Source of the DNA: a virus
Virus record (IMG/VR): IMGVR_UViG_3300008262_000047
DNA length: 64,000 bases
Strand: one strand, 5' to 3'
Shown: one piece after another, positions 38,594-48,321 of the stretch
Numbering within the stretch: the first letter of the stretch is position 1
Layout of the letters: each line of letters starts with the position of its first letter
Notes under the pieces: model-generated
What the model was told of the DNA's origin: nothing
Databases searched by the model: none
The model's input: only the letters and a program-made list of their open reading frames with translations
Program-made: the position numbers and the translations under genes

Positions 38594-39205
38594 ATGGAAA
38601 ACCCAATGGTGAATTATTCTAAAATCATCGCTGAAACAAATAGTAAAATGTATAATGTTCGGGATGAATATAAGAATAATAGTGTTGAAGAAAACATTGC
38701 CATTTGCAATAAGGAACACTTGAAGTTCTCGGTGGGGTGTATTAACATTACAGGAGAACTCAACATTGGGATGATGATTCGGTCAGCGTGTCTATTGGGT
38801 GCAGAGAATTTCTATATCTTTGGGCGTAATAAGTTTGACAGACGCAGCACAGTTGGTGCTGAGAATTATATTAACATCGTTCAATATAGTTATGACGACC
38901 CGATACACGCCGACGCCGAAATCAATGAACGATTGGAATATATGTTGAAGTGGAACACTGTGGTGTTGTGTGAACAGGGCGGCGATGAAATTGGATCACG
39001 AAAAATGGCGTTGAAATATTCGGAAGAAATAATAAATCCGTTGTTCGTATTCGGTTCAGAGAGTCATGGTATTCCTCCGCTAATAACTACTAATGAACAC
39101 TTTTATAAAGTGAGTATTCCTCAACGTGGAGTCCTTCGTTCGTTTAACGTGAGTGCTGCCATGAATATCATTGTGTGGGATTACATCAAGGAGATGCATC
39201 TATGA
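38594..39205 (+). CDS. SpoU/TrmH-family RNA methyltransferase
   Basis: NIG..IRSA..LG, FGSE..GI, IPQ.G..RSFNVS.A. Confidence 0.85.
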   Translation: MENPMVNYSKIIAETNSKMYNVRDEYKNNSVEENIAICNKEHLKFSVGCINITGELNIGMMIRSACLLGAENFYIFGRNKFDRRSTVGAENYINIVQYSYDDPIHADAEINERLEYMLKWNTVVLCEQGGDEIGSRKMALKYSEEIINPLFVFGSESHGIPPLITTNEHFYKVSIPQRGVLRSFNVSAAMNIIVWDYIKEMHL

Positions 39206-39357
39206 TTACCGCTATCAAATTCTGGATTGCAAAAGTCCTGGCTGACATGATTATGTTCGTGGCAATTTTTGGTGTGCTTTTTCTATTTTATGCTATTATG
39301 ATGGCGTGGGTTAAATGGGACGTTTATCGGATACGGAAAACTTTGAAGAAACTATGA
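39202..39357 (+). CDS. small membrane protein
   Basis: Hydrophobic segment; ATGA overlaps at both ends. Confidence 0.55.
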   Translation: MITAIKFWIAKVLADMIMFVAIFGVLFLFYAIMMAWVKWDVYRIRKTLKKL

Positions 39358-39626
39358 AATTGACAAAACTTAAAGAAGCGGGTGTACTATTTTTAATTCA
39401 GCTCTTGAATTATTCCATATGGTGTATTAACTTTCGTGCAGTTGCCGATACACATTATCATACCGCAGCAGCCAGTGATTTTATGCTCGCGTCTATACAA
39501 TTTTTTGTGATTCGAAAAATTGCTCAGGGTCAAGATAAGTGGCATCAATGGTTAGGATATGCCTTGGGTAGTGTGGGTGGTAGTTACTTAGGTATTTGGA
39601 TTTCTGCAACATTCTTTAATGGTTAA
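39354..39626 (+). CDS. small multi-pass membrane protein
   Basis: About three hydrophobic segments, GYALGSVGGSYLG. Confidence 0.6.
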   Translation: MKLTKLKEAGVLFLIQLLNYSIWCINFRAVADTHYHTAAASDFMLASIQFFVIRKIAQGQDKWHQWLGYALGSVGGSYLGIWISATFFNG

Positions 39627-39627
39627 T

Positions 39628-39795
39628 ATGAACTTGACAAAGGACGAACTACTTGTTATGTTAAAGAAGGCCTATTTACGAGGCATTTGGGAACATACAA
39701 ACCAAAAAGTAATATCGCGTATTAATATGAAGGATCCACACCGGATGTTAAATATTCCGGATTCTGTTGTTGAAGATTTAATTGAGGAGAAATAA
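39628..39795 (+). CDS. hypothetical protein (55 aa, below ORF-track cutoff)
   Basis: MNLTKDELLVMLKKAYLRG...EEK* fills the gap exactly; also contains TTGACA-17-TATGTT at 39634-39662. Confidence 0.5.
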   Translation: MNLTKDELLVMLKKAYLRGIWEHTNQKVISRINMKDPHRMLNIPDSVVEDLIEEK

Positions 39796-39797
39796 TT

Positions 39798-40160
39798 ATG
39801 GCTAAGGCAGCATCACCGAGGTATCCCACGTTTGTTGTGTATGAAGGATATGACAGGGCTCTTGCTCTAGAGTCAGTGGGAAAGGGTTGGGCATCACTCA
39901 TCAATGAAGTATTTGATTTCATTGAACAGCAAAAGATTACGAACATTCGTATCATCCAAGTGAAGGAGAAGTGGGGCGGACTTCGCATCTACACCGACCT
40001 GATTCATGATGTTTTGGATGAAAAAATTCGTGACGCTGAACGGCGTAGCTTTACAATTTGTGAAGTCTCAGGTGCACCGGGCAAGCTCCGTAACTGCAAT
40101 GGATGGTATCGCACGTTGTCTGATGCTGAAGGTGGACAATATCCTGTGGTACAGGCATAA
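39798..40160 (+). CDS. conserved phage hypothetical protein
   Basis: GW..L, QVKEKWGGLRIY, S..ICE..G.PG. Confidence 0.7.
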   Translation: MAKAASPRYPTFVVYEGYDRALALESVGKGWASLINEVFDFIEQQKITNIRIIQVKEKWGGLRIYTDLIHDVLDEKIRDAERRSFTICEVSGAPGKLRNCNGWYRTLSDAEGGQYPVVQA

Positions 40161-40492
40161 TGCAGACAACCATTCCCGCTACAAAAATATCAGGAACGGT
40201 GAAGATGCTCAATTATCGCTATTCTGAGGATAGAATCCTTCAGGAAATTCAGGCGTACATTAATAAGACCTATACCCAACATTATTCACGAAACAAGTTT
40301 CAAGCATCTGAATTCATTTTTGATAATGGTCACGGTGTTGGGTTTACTGTAGGTAACATCATGAAGTATGCTCAACGATATGGAAAAAAGAATGGACATA
40401 ATCGTGATGACATCTTGAAAATCATTCACTACGCTATTATGTTACTATACGTACATGACACTTACATTGAGGAGAAACAACATGAAGATTAG
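40160..40492 (+). CDS. DUF3310-like protein
   Basis: TY..HY, GF..GNIMKYAQRYGKK.G, D..K..HYA. Confidence 0.7.
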   Translation: MQTTIPATKISGTVKMLNYRYSEDRILQEIQAYINKTYTQHYSRNKFQASEFIFDNGHGVGFTVGNIMKYAQRYGKKNGHNRDDILKIIHYAIMLLYVHDTYIEEKQHED

Positions 40493-41162
40493 TTCCAAGA
40501 CGGTATCACTGCTACAGAGTTTCGCACAGATTAGTCCTAACCTTCTAGTGAAGGCGGGTAATAAGTTGGCAACTCGTAATGCAGTAAATAGTATTCAGGC
40601 ACGGGCTGTTGTCGAGGAAACGTTTCCTCAGCAGTTCGCTATTTACGATTTGACACAGCTTCTAACACTTCTTTCAATGTCACAGACACCAGACATTGAG
40701 TTTCATGAGAAGCATCTGGTCATTCAACATGGTGATGGGCGTAATCATTCATTCAAGTTTGCAGATGAGAGTCTTGTAGCAGCTCCGTCTGATAATCCTC
40801 CGCAGCTTGAACACTTGTACTCCTTTAAGCTCACGGCATCTGACATTAACATGATTGTCAAGACGGCTTCGGTTGTATCTGCCACAATGATGAACATCGT
40901 ATCAAAGAATGGTAAGGTGACATTGTTTGTGAATGATCCGAAGAATTCTACATCACATTCATTCACGCAACCTTTGGGTGACAGTGATGTGTCGTTTGAT
41001 GTCAAGATGGCAATTGATACATTCAAGATTGTTCCTGGTGAGTATAAGGTGCATGTATCACACGCCATCGCCAAGGCAGGTAAGGTATTGGTATTTTTCT
41101 TTGAATCTACAACTTCTGAACTAACATATTTGATTGCAGCCGACACTACATCAAAGGTGTAA
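40482..41162 (+). CDS. gp45: sliding clamp gp45
   Basis: MKIS..T...L..F..I, F.IYDL...L; directly upstream of gp44. Confidence 0.85.
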   Translation: MKISSKTVSLLQSFAQISPNLLVKAGNKLATRNAVNSIQARAVVEETFPQQFAIYDLTQLLTLLSMSQTPDIEFHEKHLVIQHGDGRNHSFKFADESLVAAPSDNPPQLEHLYSFKLTASDINMIVKTASVVSATMMNIVSKNGKVTLFVNDPKNSTSHSFTQPLGDSDVSFDVKMAIDTFKIVPGEYKVHVSHAIAKAGKVLVFFFESTTSELTYLIAADTTSKV

Positions 41163-41168
41163 TATATT

Positions 41169-42110
41169 ATGGAAGCAAATCGTGAGCAGTTTCTTTGGGT
41201 TGAAAAGTATCGTCCGCGGAAAATTTCTGATTGTATTCTTCCGCAGACATTGAAGAACACGTTCCAAGAGTTTGTGGATAAGGATAATATTCCTAACATG
41301 CTCTTGGCGGGTACAGCAGGGACAGGTAAGACCACGATAGCCCGGGCTTTGTGTGAAGAATTAGGATGTGAGTATATTATTATCAACGGATCTGAGGAAT
41401 CAGGTATTGATGTACTCAGAACCAAGATTAAAGATTTTGCCAGTACAGTTTCTTTGGCTGGTAAAACAAAGGTCGTGATTCTTGATGAGGCAGATTATTT
41501 AAATCCTAATTCCACACAACCCGCACTTCGTGGTTTCATTGAGGAGTTTAGTAAGAATTGTCGGTTCATTTTCACTTGTAATTACAAAAATAGAATTATT
41601 CCTCCACTACACAGTAGAACCACCGTGGTGGATTTCAAACTCTCAAAGGATGATAAGCCTGCCATGGCGGCGAAATTCTTTAAGAGAGTATCAGACATCT
41701 TGAAGGAAGAACAAGTCACGTTTGATCCGAAAGCTGTTGCTGAGGTGTTAAATAAGCACTTCCCTGATTATCGGCGTGTATTAAATGAGTTGCAACGATA
41801 TGCCTCATCGGGTAATATTGATGCAGGTATTCTCACGAACATCAGTGATGCAAACATGAAGGAACTTCTCACGGCTCTCCGTGAAAAGGATTTCAAGAAG
41901 ATGCGCGGTTGGGTTGTGAACAACATGGACAACGATCCGAACATGCTCTTTCGAAAGTTGTATGATACGTTACTCACTGAGGTGGTTCAAGTTCCTCAGT
42001 TGGTATTGCTATTGGCTGATTATCAATACAAGGCGGCGTTCGTTGCCGATGCTGAAATTAATCTAGTAGCATGTCTGACAGAAATCATGGCAGCATGTGA
42101 GATGAAGTAA
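41169..42110 (+). CDS. gp44: clamp loader large subunit gp44
   Basis: LWVEKYRP, GTAGTGKTT, ILDEAD, PLHSR. Confidence 0.95.
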   Translation: MEANREQFLWVEKYRPRKISDCILPQTLKNTFQEFVDKDNIPNMLLAGTAGTGKTTIARALCEELGCEYIIINGSEESGIDVLRTKIKDFASTVSLAGKTKVVILDEADYLNPNSTQPALRGFIEEFSKNCRFIFTCNYKNRIIPPLHSRTTVVDFKLSKDDKPAMAAKFFKRVSDILKEEQVTFDPKAVAEVLNKHFPDYRRVLNELQRYASSGNIDAGILTNISDANMKELLTALREKDFKKMRGWVVNNMDNDPNMLFRKLYDTLLTEVVQVPQLVLLLADYQYKAAFVADAEINLVACLTEIMAACEMK

Positions 42111-42122
42111 TAGGAGAATACT

Positions 42123-42614
42123 ATGAATCTTATTCCCAGTTCTTATTCGACATTTGTGACTGACCATGAAAAAGGACAAATCACACAACTAATGGCTAAG
42201 ACATATTTCATTTATCGAGGTTGGGAGACATCAACTCCTGAGAATCCATCCTCTCCATATGATTTATTGATTCGTCATCCCCGAACAGGAAAGTCTTTAC
42301 TGGTACAAGTAAAGTCATTAACTAGTAAAAATAGAAGTGTTGAAACATATGCTAAAGGAAATGGTAGGGACAAGGGCTCAAAAAGAAAAAAGACAGATTA
42401 TGCCAAATGTGGTATTGATTTTCTTCTTGGGGTTGATGTTGACACTTCAAATGTCTATCTGTATCCGTTAGATTTCTATCGGGGAAAGAGTACTATCAAT
42501 GTAGATAAAAATCCTTCGTTTGATGTTGAATTCATCACAGAACGAGGATATAGAAACTTTAAGATGCACGAAGAAATTTCCACATTAGACCTACTGGCAC
42601 ATGATAAATCTTGA
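42123..42614 (+). mobile_element. free-standing PD-(D/E)XK endonuclease, candidate homing endonuclease
   Basis: PYDLLI...VQVKS motif; inserted between the normally adjacent gp44 and gp62. Confidence 0.55.
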
Positions 42615-43050
42615 TGGCGAAGAAATCGTAGAAGAAAAAATTGAGGAATATAAAACTCCGAAAATTAGTCCTTTCGATTTTGTGAATGCCATTCATTACT
42701 CTAAGGATGCACTCATTGTGGATGAGTGGAGTGAGAAGCAGTATAATCCCTATCTTGTAAACAAGAGTTTAAGTTTCGGGGCAGACACAGTAATTGCTGC
42801 CAATGAAATGAATAGTCGTCCCCATCTGGAGAAACGCCTCCAGTTTGATTTTCTTATAAATATAGTGAGACCTCGAAAGAGATTCAACAAGTGGTTGAAG
42901 GCTGAAAAAGTCGAAGATATTGATGTGGTTAAACAGTATTATAAATACAATACTGAGAAAGCATTTCAGGCTCTTGCTCTTTTAACGCCAGAACAAATTC
43001 TCACAATTAAAGAAAAATTGAACACAGGTGGATTGACAAATGGCGCATGA
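42601..43050 (+). CDS. gp62: clamp loader small subunit gp62
   Basis: Y.PY.VNKSLS, ANEMN, RPRKRFNKW.K, ..YY.Y...KA. Confidence 0.9.
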   Translation: MINLDGEEIVEEKIEEYKTPKISPFDFVNAIHYSKDALIVDEWSEKQYNPYLVNKSLSFGADTVIAANEMNSRPHLEKRLQFDFLINIVRPRKRFNKWLKAEKVEDIDVVKQYYKYNTEKAFQALALLTPEQILTIKEKLNTGGLTNGA

Positions 43051-43459
43051 TTTAATAAATATACCCGCAATTCCTGGGTATGAACCATTAGAAGTTAAAT
43101 TGGTGAATCCGGATGACTTCTTGAAGGTTCGTGAAACATTAACACGTATTGGTGTTGCCTCACGAAAGGATCAAACACTATACCAAAGCTGTCACATCTT
43201 ACATAAGCAAGGCAGATATTTCATTGTTCACTTTAAGGAACTTTTTGCCCTTGACGGTAAGCATGCTGATTTATCAGATAACGATTTACACAGACGTAAT
43301 ACAGTTGCTCATCTTCTTGAAGATTGGGGATTGGTTGACATTGTGAACCCAGACCTATGTGAAGATACCGCACCGTTATCACAAATCAAAGTACTTGCAT
43401 TTGGTGAAAAGAACAATTGGAATTTAGTAGCAAAATATAATATTGGAAAAAAGAAATAA
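43040..43459 (+). CDS. regA: translational repressor RegA
   Basis: DFLKVRETLTRIG, LYQSCHILHKQG.Y.IVHFKELF.LDG. Confidence 0.95.
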   Translation: MAHDLINIPAIPGYEPLEVKLVNPDDFLKVRETLTRIGVASRKDQTLYQSCHILHKQGRYFIVHFKELFALDGKHADLSDNDLHRRNTVAHLLEDWGLVDIVNPDLCEDTAPLSQIKVLAFGEKNNWNLVAKYNIGKKK

Positions 43460-43545
43460 GACTTGACTGTAGGGGTGTTAGGAGTTAACTTAACCTTAGA
43501 TACGCCGAAAGGGTATCACTAACACATTCGCTCAAAGGAGGAATT

Positions 43546-43974
43546 ATGACACGTACCTTTACTTTTAACTCTGCTTCTCTTAATACACCATGGGCTATTG
43601 GCTTTGATAGTCTATGGGACCGTTTTCATACCATTGAATCGGTTAATAGTGCAAGCAATTATCCCCCATACAACATCGTTAAGCATGATGCTGAGCATTG
43701 GAGCATCGAACTTGCCGTGGCAGGTTTCAAGCGGAATGAACTTGATGTTGAATTGGCTGAGGGAGTTCTTACCATTTCAGCAAAGACAGAAACTTCAGAA
43801 ACCGAAGTGGAATATGTCCATCGCGGTTTGGCAAAGCGTGCGTTCACTCGCAAGTGGACACTCGCTGATGATGTAGTTGTTCGTGATGCGTCACTTGTTG
43901 ATGGTGTTCTCACCATTGATTTGGAACGCATCGTCCCCGAGGATAAGAAGCCTCGGAAGATTGACATTTTGTAA
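43546..43974 (+). CDS. hsp20: small heat shock protein Hsp20
   Basis: NYPPYNI, IELAVAGF, HRGLAKR.F.R.W.L, DG.L.I.L.R.VPE.KKP. Confidence 0.92.
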   Translation: MTRTFTFNSASLNTPWAIGFDSLWDRFHTIESVNSASNYPPYNIVKHDAEHWSIELAVAGFKRNELDVELAEGVLTISAKTETSETEVEYVHRGLAKRAFTRKWTLADDVVVRDASLVDGVLTIDLERIVPEDKKPRKIDIL

Positions 43975-44013
43975 TTAAATAATCCTCCTAACACCCTTAC
44001 AGTTGAGTTTATA

Positions 44014-44310
44014 ATGATTAAATGCATCAAGTTAGTTACAGGCGAAGATTTGATTGGTGACGTTGAAGTACAAGGTGATTCACTCACCATCGAAACACCA
44101 TGTGCGGTTGTGCTCATCCCAACCCAAGAACATCAATACTCTGTTGGTCTTGCACCATTTCTTCCGTTTGCTGCCTCCAAGAAGTTTTCATATTCCCGTG
44201 AACATGTTGTGCTGGTATATGAAGCAGCCGACCAATTGAAGAATGAATACAATAGGATTACAGGCAAGGGTATTGTTCTTCCTGAACGCCCAAAGTTAGA
44301 ACTAGTCTAA
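44014..44310 (+). CDS. conserved hypothetical protein (Sm-like)
   Basis: KLVTGEDLIG motif; usual position between hsp20 and gp43. Confidence 0.7.
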   Translation: MIKCIKLVTGEDLIGDVEVQGDSLTIETPCAVVLIPTQEHQYSVGLAPFLPFAASKKFSYSREHVVLVYEAADQLKNEYNRITGKGIVLPERPKLELV

Positions 44311-44316
44311 CACATT

Positions 44317-44342
44317 GAAACCTCTCGGAGACGGGAGGTTTC
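44317..44342 (+). other. GC-rich stem-loop upstream of the gp43 promoter
   Basis: GAAACCTCTCG-GAGA-CGGGAGGTTTC; followed by TTGACA(44351)-16 bp-TATATT. Confidence 0.6.
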
Positions 44343-44420
44343 CTGCCTACTTGACAAAGTGTGGCATCATGTTATATTTCATACATATCTTAAAAACATT
44401 CAAGACCCGGGAGAGGTTGA

Positions 44421-46931
44421 ATGAAGAATTTCTACACGAACGTATTACAATATGGTAATAGAATTCTTGTCCGTGAAATTAAAAACGGCAAGCGTGACAA
44501 CCACAAGGTGGAATTCCGCCCCACGATGTTCATTAAGGCGCAGACTGAAACAAAACATAAAAGTTTGTTTGGTGATAATCTAGAGCCTATTCAATTTGGT
44601 GACATCAACGAAGCAAAAGAATTCATGAAGAAATATAAGGAAGTAGAAAACTTCCCCATCTTCGGTAACACTTCTTTTGCCTATCAGTACATCACAGAGA
44701 AATATCCTACTGAGGTTGATTATGATATTAGTCAGCTCACCATCTTCTCACTCGACATTGAGACAGCCTCAGAGAATGGCTTTCCGAGTATTGACAATCC
44801 CATCGAGGAAGTCTTGCTCATCACAGTACAAGATAACAACACAAAGAAGATTACAACCTTTGGCGCAAAAAAGTTTGACATTGAAAACATCAAGCATATT
44901 TCCAATAAGAACAATTTCGAATATGTGAAGTGTCGTGATGAAGCAGATTTGCTCAGCACATTTCTTCGTTTCTGGCAAGCCACAACTCCTGATGTTGTGA
45001 CAGGGTGGAACACACAGCTATTCGATATGCCTTATCTTCTGGTTCGTATCAAGAGAGTTTTGGGTGAGGATAAAATTAAGGATTTGTCGCCATGGCGTAT
45101 TGTTAATGAACGATACATCACGATGAATGGTCGTGAATTTCTCACGGCTGATATTTTTGGTGTGAGTAGCTTAGATTATTTGGACTTGTATAAGAAGTTT
45201 ACATACTCGGCACAAGAAAGTTATAAGCTCGATTATATCGCACAGCAGGAATTGGGAAGAAAGAAACTAGAAACGGAATATGAAACATTCAAGGATCATT
45301 ATACAAATGATTGGCAATCGTTTGTGGAATATAACGTTGTTGACGTAGAACTGGTTGACGCCTTAGAAGATAAGATGAAGTTGATTGAATTGGTTATCAC
45401 GATGGCATATGATGCCAAGTGTAACTTCAATGACATCTTCTCGGCGGTGCGAACCTGGGATTGTATTCTTCACAATCATTTGTGGGCAAAGAATATTATT
45501 GTTCATCAAAAGGAACATCACGAAGGTAGAACAATTGCCGGTGCCTATGTGAAAGAACCCGTGCCGGGTAAGTATGATTGGGTTGTGAGCTTCGACGCGG
45601 CATCACTATATCCTAGCATCATCATGCAGTATAACATGAGTCCTGAAACAATGGTAACGGGTGCATCACTAGACATCACACCTGAAAAACTTTTGGCAGG
45701 ACATACGGAACACGTTGGTCAGCTCCATGACAAGAATGTGGCAATGGCAGCAAATGGCTATTGTTATACACAAACACATCAAGGATTATTCCCAGAAATT
45801 GTCGAAAAGATTTTCAGTGAACGTGTGTTCTACAAGAAGAAGATGATTGAGGCACAGAAGGAATATGAAAAGACAAAGGATGTTGAACAGGTAAAATTGA
45901 TTTCCAAATATAACAACATTCAAATGGCTCGTAAGATTCAGTTGAATAGTTTATATGGTGCCTGGGCAAATCAATACTTTCGTTTCTATGATGATAGAAT
46001 TGCCGAAGGTATCACGTTGACAGGACAATACATCATTCAACATATTGGTCGAGCATTGAATGATTATCTGAACAAGACATGCGGAACGACTAATGTGGAG
46101 TATACTTTCTATTCCGATACTGATAGTTGTTACATCACATTGGATAAGTTGGTTGAACAACATTTCTCACAGTTGGATAAGAACAAGATTGTGGATGTGA
46201 TTGACAAGTTTTGTAAGGATAAAATTAGTAAGGTGTTATCTCGCGCCTGTGAAGAAATCATGGATGTGACACATGGATACGTGTCGAAGATGGAGTTCAA
46301 ACGTGAGGTGATTGCTGATAAGGCAATCTGGGTGGCAAAGAAGCGTTATGCCTTGAACGTCTATGATAGTGAAGGTGTTCGATACAAGGAACCCAAGCTG
46401 AAGGTGCAGGGGCTTGAAATTGTTCGTAGTTCAACCCCTGGGAGTGTCCGTGAATATCTTCGAAACACAGTGAAGATGGCACTGACAAAAACACAAGATG
46501 AGATTCAAGAGTATATTGCTGACCTTGAACAGAAATTCATGCAGATGACGCCTGAGGAGATTGCATTTCCGCGAAGTGCCAACAATCTCTCCAAGTATCA
46601 TTCACAGGCAACCATATATCAGAAGGCGACACCTATGCATGTTCGAGGTGCACTGTTATACAATCATCACATTAAGTTGAAGAAGTTAGAAAGAAAGTAT
46701 GAGCTAATTAAAGAAGGTGATAAAATCAAGTATTTGTATTTGAAGGAACCCAATCCCATCAAGGAAAACAGCATTGCATTTGTGACATCGTTACCAAAAG
46801 AACTTGACATACATAAGTATGTTGATTATAATACAATGTTCGAAAAGAGTTTTCTAGAACCTATGCGAACCATTCTTGATTGTATGGGTTGGTCAACACG
46901 AAAAATTGCCACACTAGATGATTTATTCTAA
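44421..46931 (+). CDS. gp43: family B DNA polymerase gp43
   Basis: Exo DIET; motif A SFD.SLYPS; motif B K...NS.YG; motif C DTDS. Confidence 0.97.
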   Translation: MKNFYTNVLQYGNRILVREIKNGKRDNHKVEFRPTMFIKAQTETKHKSLFGDNLEPIQFGDINEAKEFMKKYKEVENFPIFGNTSFAYQYITEKYPTEVDYDISQLTIFSLDIETASENGFPSIDNPIEEVLLITVQDNNTKKITTFGAKKFDIENIKHISNKNNFEYVKCRDEADLLSTFLRFWQATTPDVVTGWNTQLFDMPYLLVRIKRVLGEDKIKDLSPWRIVNERYITMNGREFLTADIFGVSSLDYLDLYKKFTYSAQESYKLDYIAQQELGRKKLETEYETFKDHYTNDWQSFVEYNVVDVELVDALEDKMKLIELVITMAYDAKCNFNDIFSAVRTWDCILHNHLWAKNIIVHQKEHHEGRTIAGAYVKEPVPGKYDWVVSFDAASLYPSIIMQYNMSPETMVTGASLDITPEKLLAGHTEHVGQLHDKNVAMAANGYCYTQTHQGLFPEIVEKIFSERVFYKKKMIEAQKEYEKTKDVEQVKLISKYNNIQMARKIQLNSLYGAWANQYFRFYDDRIAEGITLTGQYIIQHIGRALNDYLNKTCGTTNVEYTFYSDTDSCYITLDKLVEQHFSQLDKNKIVDVIDKFCKDKISKVLSRACEEIMDVTHGYVSKMEFKREVIADKAIWVAKKRYALNVYDSEGVRYKEPKLKVQGLEIVRSSTPGSVREYLRNTVKMALTKTQDEIQEYIADLEQKFMQMTPEEIAFPRSANNLSKYHSQATIYQKATPMHVRGALLYNHHIKLKKLERKYELIKEGDKIKYLYLKEPNPIKENSIAFVTSLPKELDIHKYVDYNTMFEKSFLEPMRTILDCMGWSTRKIATLDDLF

Positions 46932-46940
46932 GGAGATGCT

Positions 46941-47990
46941 ATGTCATTAATTAACAAGTTACGAAAAAATTCCACAATTCGTGAAACAGAAATCCTAACT
47001 GAAAGTAAATTCTTTTCAGCAAAGGACATGATTCAAACCCCTGTCCCGATGATTAATGTTGCTCTATCGGGTCGTCTTGATGGTGGTCTTACGCCTGGTT
47101 TAACAGTGTTCGCAGGTCCCTCTAAACACTTTAAGACAGCGTTCGCCATGCTTCTTGCGAAGTCATATTTGGAAAAATATGAGGATGCAGCCATTCTGTT
47201 CTATGATTCAGAGTTTGGCGCACCCGCGGGATACTTCAAGAGCTTCGGTATTGATACCGACCGCGTGATCCACACACCGATTACCGATATTGAGCAACTC
47301 AAACATGATATGATGTCACAGATTAACAACATTGAACGTGGTGAGCATGTCATCATCATTGTTGATTCTGTTGGTAACTTGGCATCAAAGAAAGAAGTTG
47401 AAGATGCACTGGAAGGAAAGAGTGTGGCAGACATGACCAGAGCCAAGCAGCTCAAGAGTCTGTTCCGCATGTGTACACCCCACTTAACCATCAAGGACAT
47501 TCCCATGGTGGTTGTGAATCACACATACAAGGAAATTGGTATGTTCCCGAAGGACATTGTATCAGGCGGTACAGGCATCTATTACTCAGCCGATAACATC
47601 TTCATCATTGGTCGTCAGCAAGAGAAGGATGCTGATGGTCTCACGGGATACAACTTCATCATCAATGTTGAGAAGTCTCGCTTTGTTCGTGAAAAGAGTA
47701 AGATTCCTGTTGAGGTATCATTTGAAGGGGGTATTAGCACATGGTCAGGATTATTGGATGTGGCACTTGAATCTGGACATGTCGTGAAGCCCGCAAATGG
47801 TTGGTATCAAAAGAAGGGAGAAGAAAAGAAGCATCGCTTAAATGACACATACACCCGGGAATTCTGGATGTCTATTCTTTCGGATAGCACGTTCAGAGAT
47901 TGGATTAAAACACATTATGCCATTTCCAACTCGTCCCTAGTGGCAGAATTTACTGATGAACTCATTCAAGAGGAATATGACAATGCCTAA
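46941..47990 (+). CDS. uvsX: recombinase UvsX
   Basis: AGPSKHFKT, YDSEFG, DS.GNLASKKE, VNHTY. Confidence 0.95.
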   Translation: MSLINKLRKNSTIRETEILTESKFFSAKDMIQTPVPMINVALSGRLDGGLTPGLTVFAGPSKHFKTAFAMLLAKSYLEKYEDAAILFYDSEFGAPAGYFKSFGIDTDRVIHTPITDIEQLKHDMMSQINNIERGEHVIIIVDSVGNLASKKEVEDALEGKSVADMTRAKQLKSLFRMCTPHLTIKDIPMVVVNHTYKEIGMFPKDIVSGGTGIYYSADNIFIIGRQQEKDADGLTGYNFIINVEKSRFVREKSKIPVEVSFEGGISTWSGLLDVALESGHVVKPANGWYQKKGEEKKHRLNDTYTREFWMSILSDSTFRDWIKTHYAISNSSLVAEFTDELIQEEYDNA

Positions 47991-48321
47991 TTTTATTGTC
48001 CAGAAAAACGAAAAGTTTAAAGAAAGTAATACCGCAGAATTTTATATTGAAATTGATGAAGGCACCTTCCAGGGATTGTCATTTGTGTTTGGTCCTGTTG
48101 AATTTTTAGGTGAAGATGAAGAAGGAAATGGTCGTGTTAAGTTTGATTATCACTTGTTAGAAACTCCTGAGTTTGTTATCTTAGAAGAACATCGTGAGCA
48201 GATTGAAACTGAAATTGGTTTAGTTTTACACAAGATTCTTGAAGATATGGCTAAAAACACTGACGGGGAGCAAACAGATGAAATTGGAACAGGTGATACT
48301 GAACAATCTACTGAAGGATGA
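47983..48321 (+). CDS. hypothetical protein at the gp40 position
   Basis: Acidic ORF between uvsX and gp41, where T4 has head vertex chaperone gp40; synteny only. Confidence 0.55.
   Translation: MPNFIVQKNEKFKESNTAEFYIEIDEGTFQGLSFVFGPVEFLGEDEEGNGRVKFDYHLLETPEFVILEEHREQIETEIGLVLHKILEDMAKNTDGEQTDEIGTGDTEQSTEG

Noticed and set aside
42110-42614. Group I intron around the PD-(D/E)XK ORF
   Set aside because: gp44 and gp62 are intact, and there is no non-coding room for a ribozyme core
45586-45620. Polymerase motif A reads FDAASLYPS rather than FDLTSLYPS; possible adaptation to modified dNTPs
   Set aside because: Variation at these positions is common in PolB, and DpdA-type modification is post-replicative
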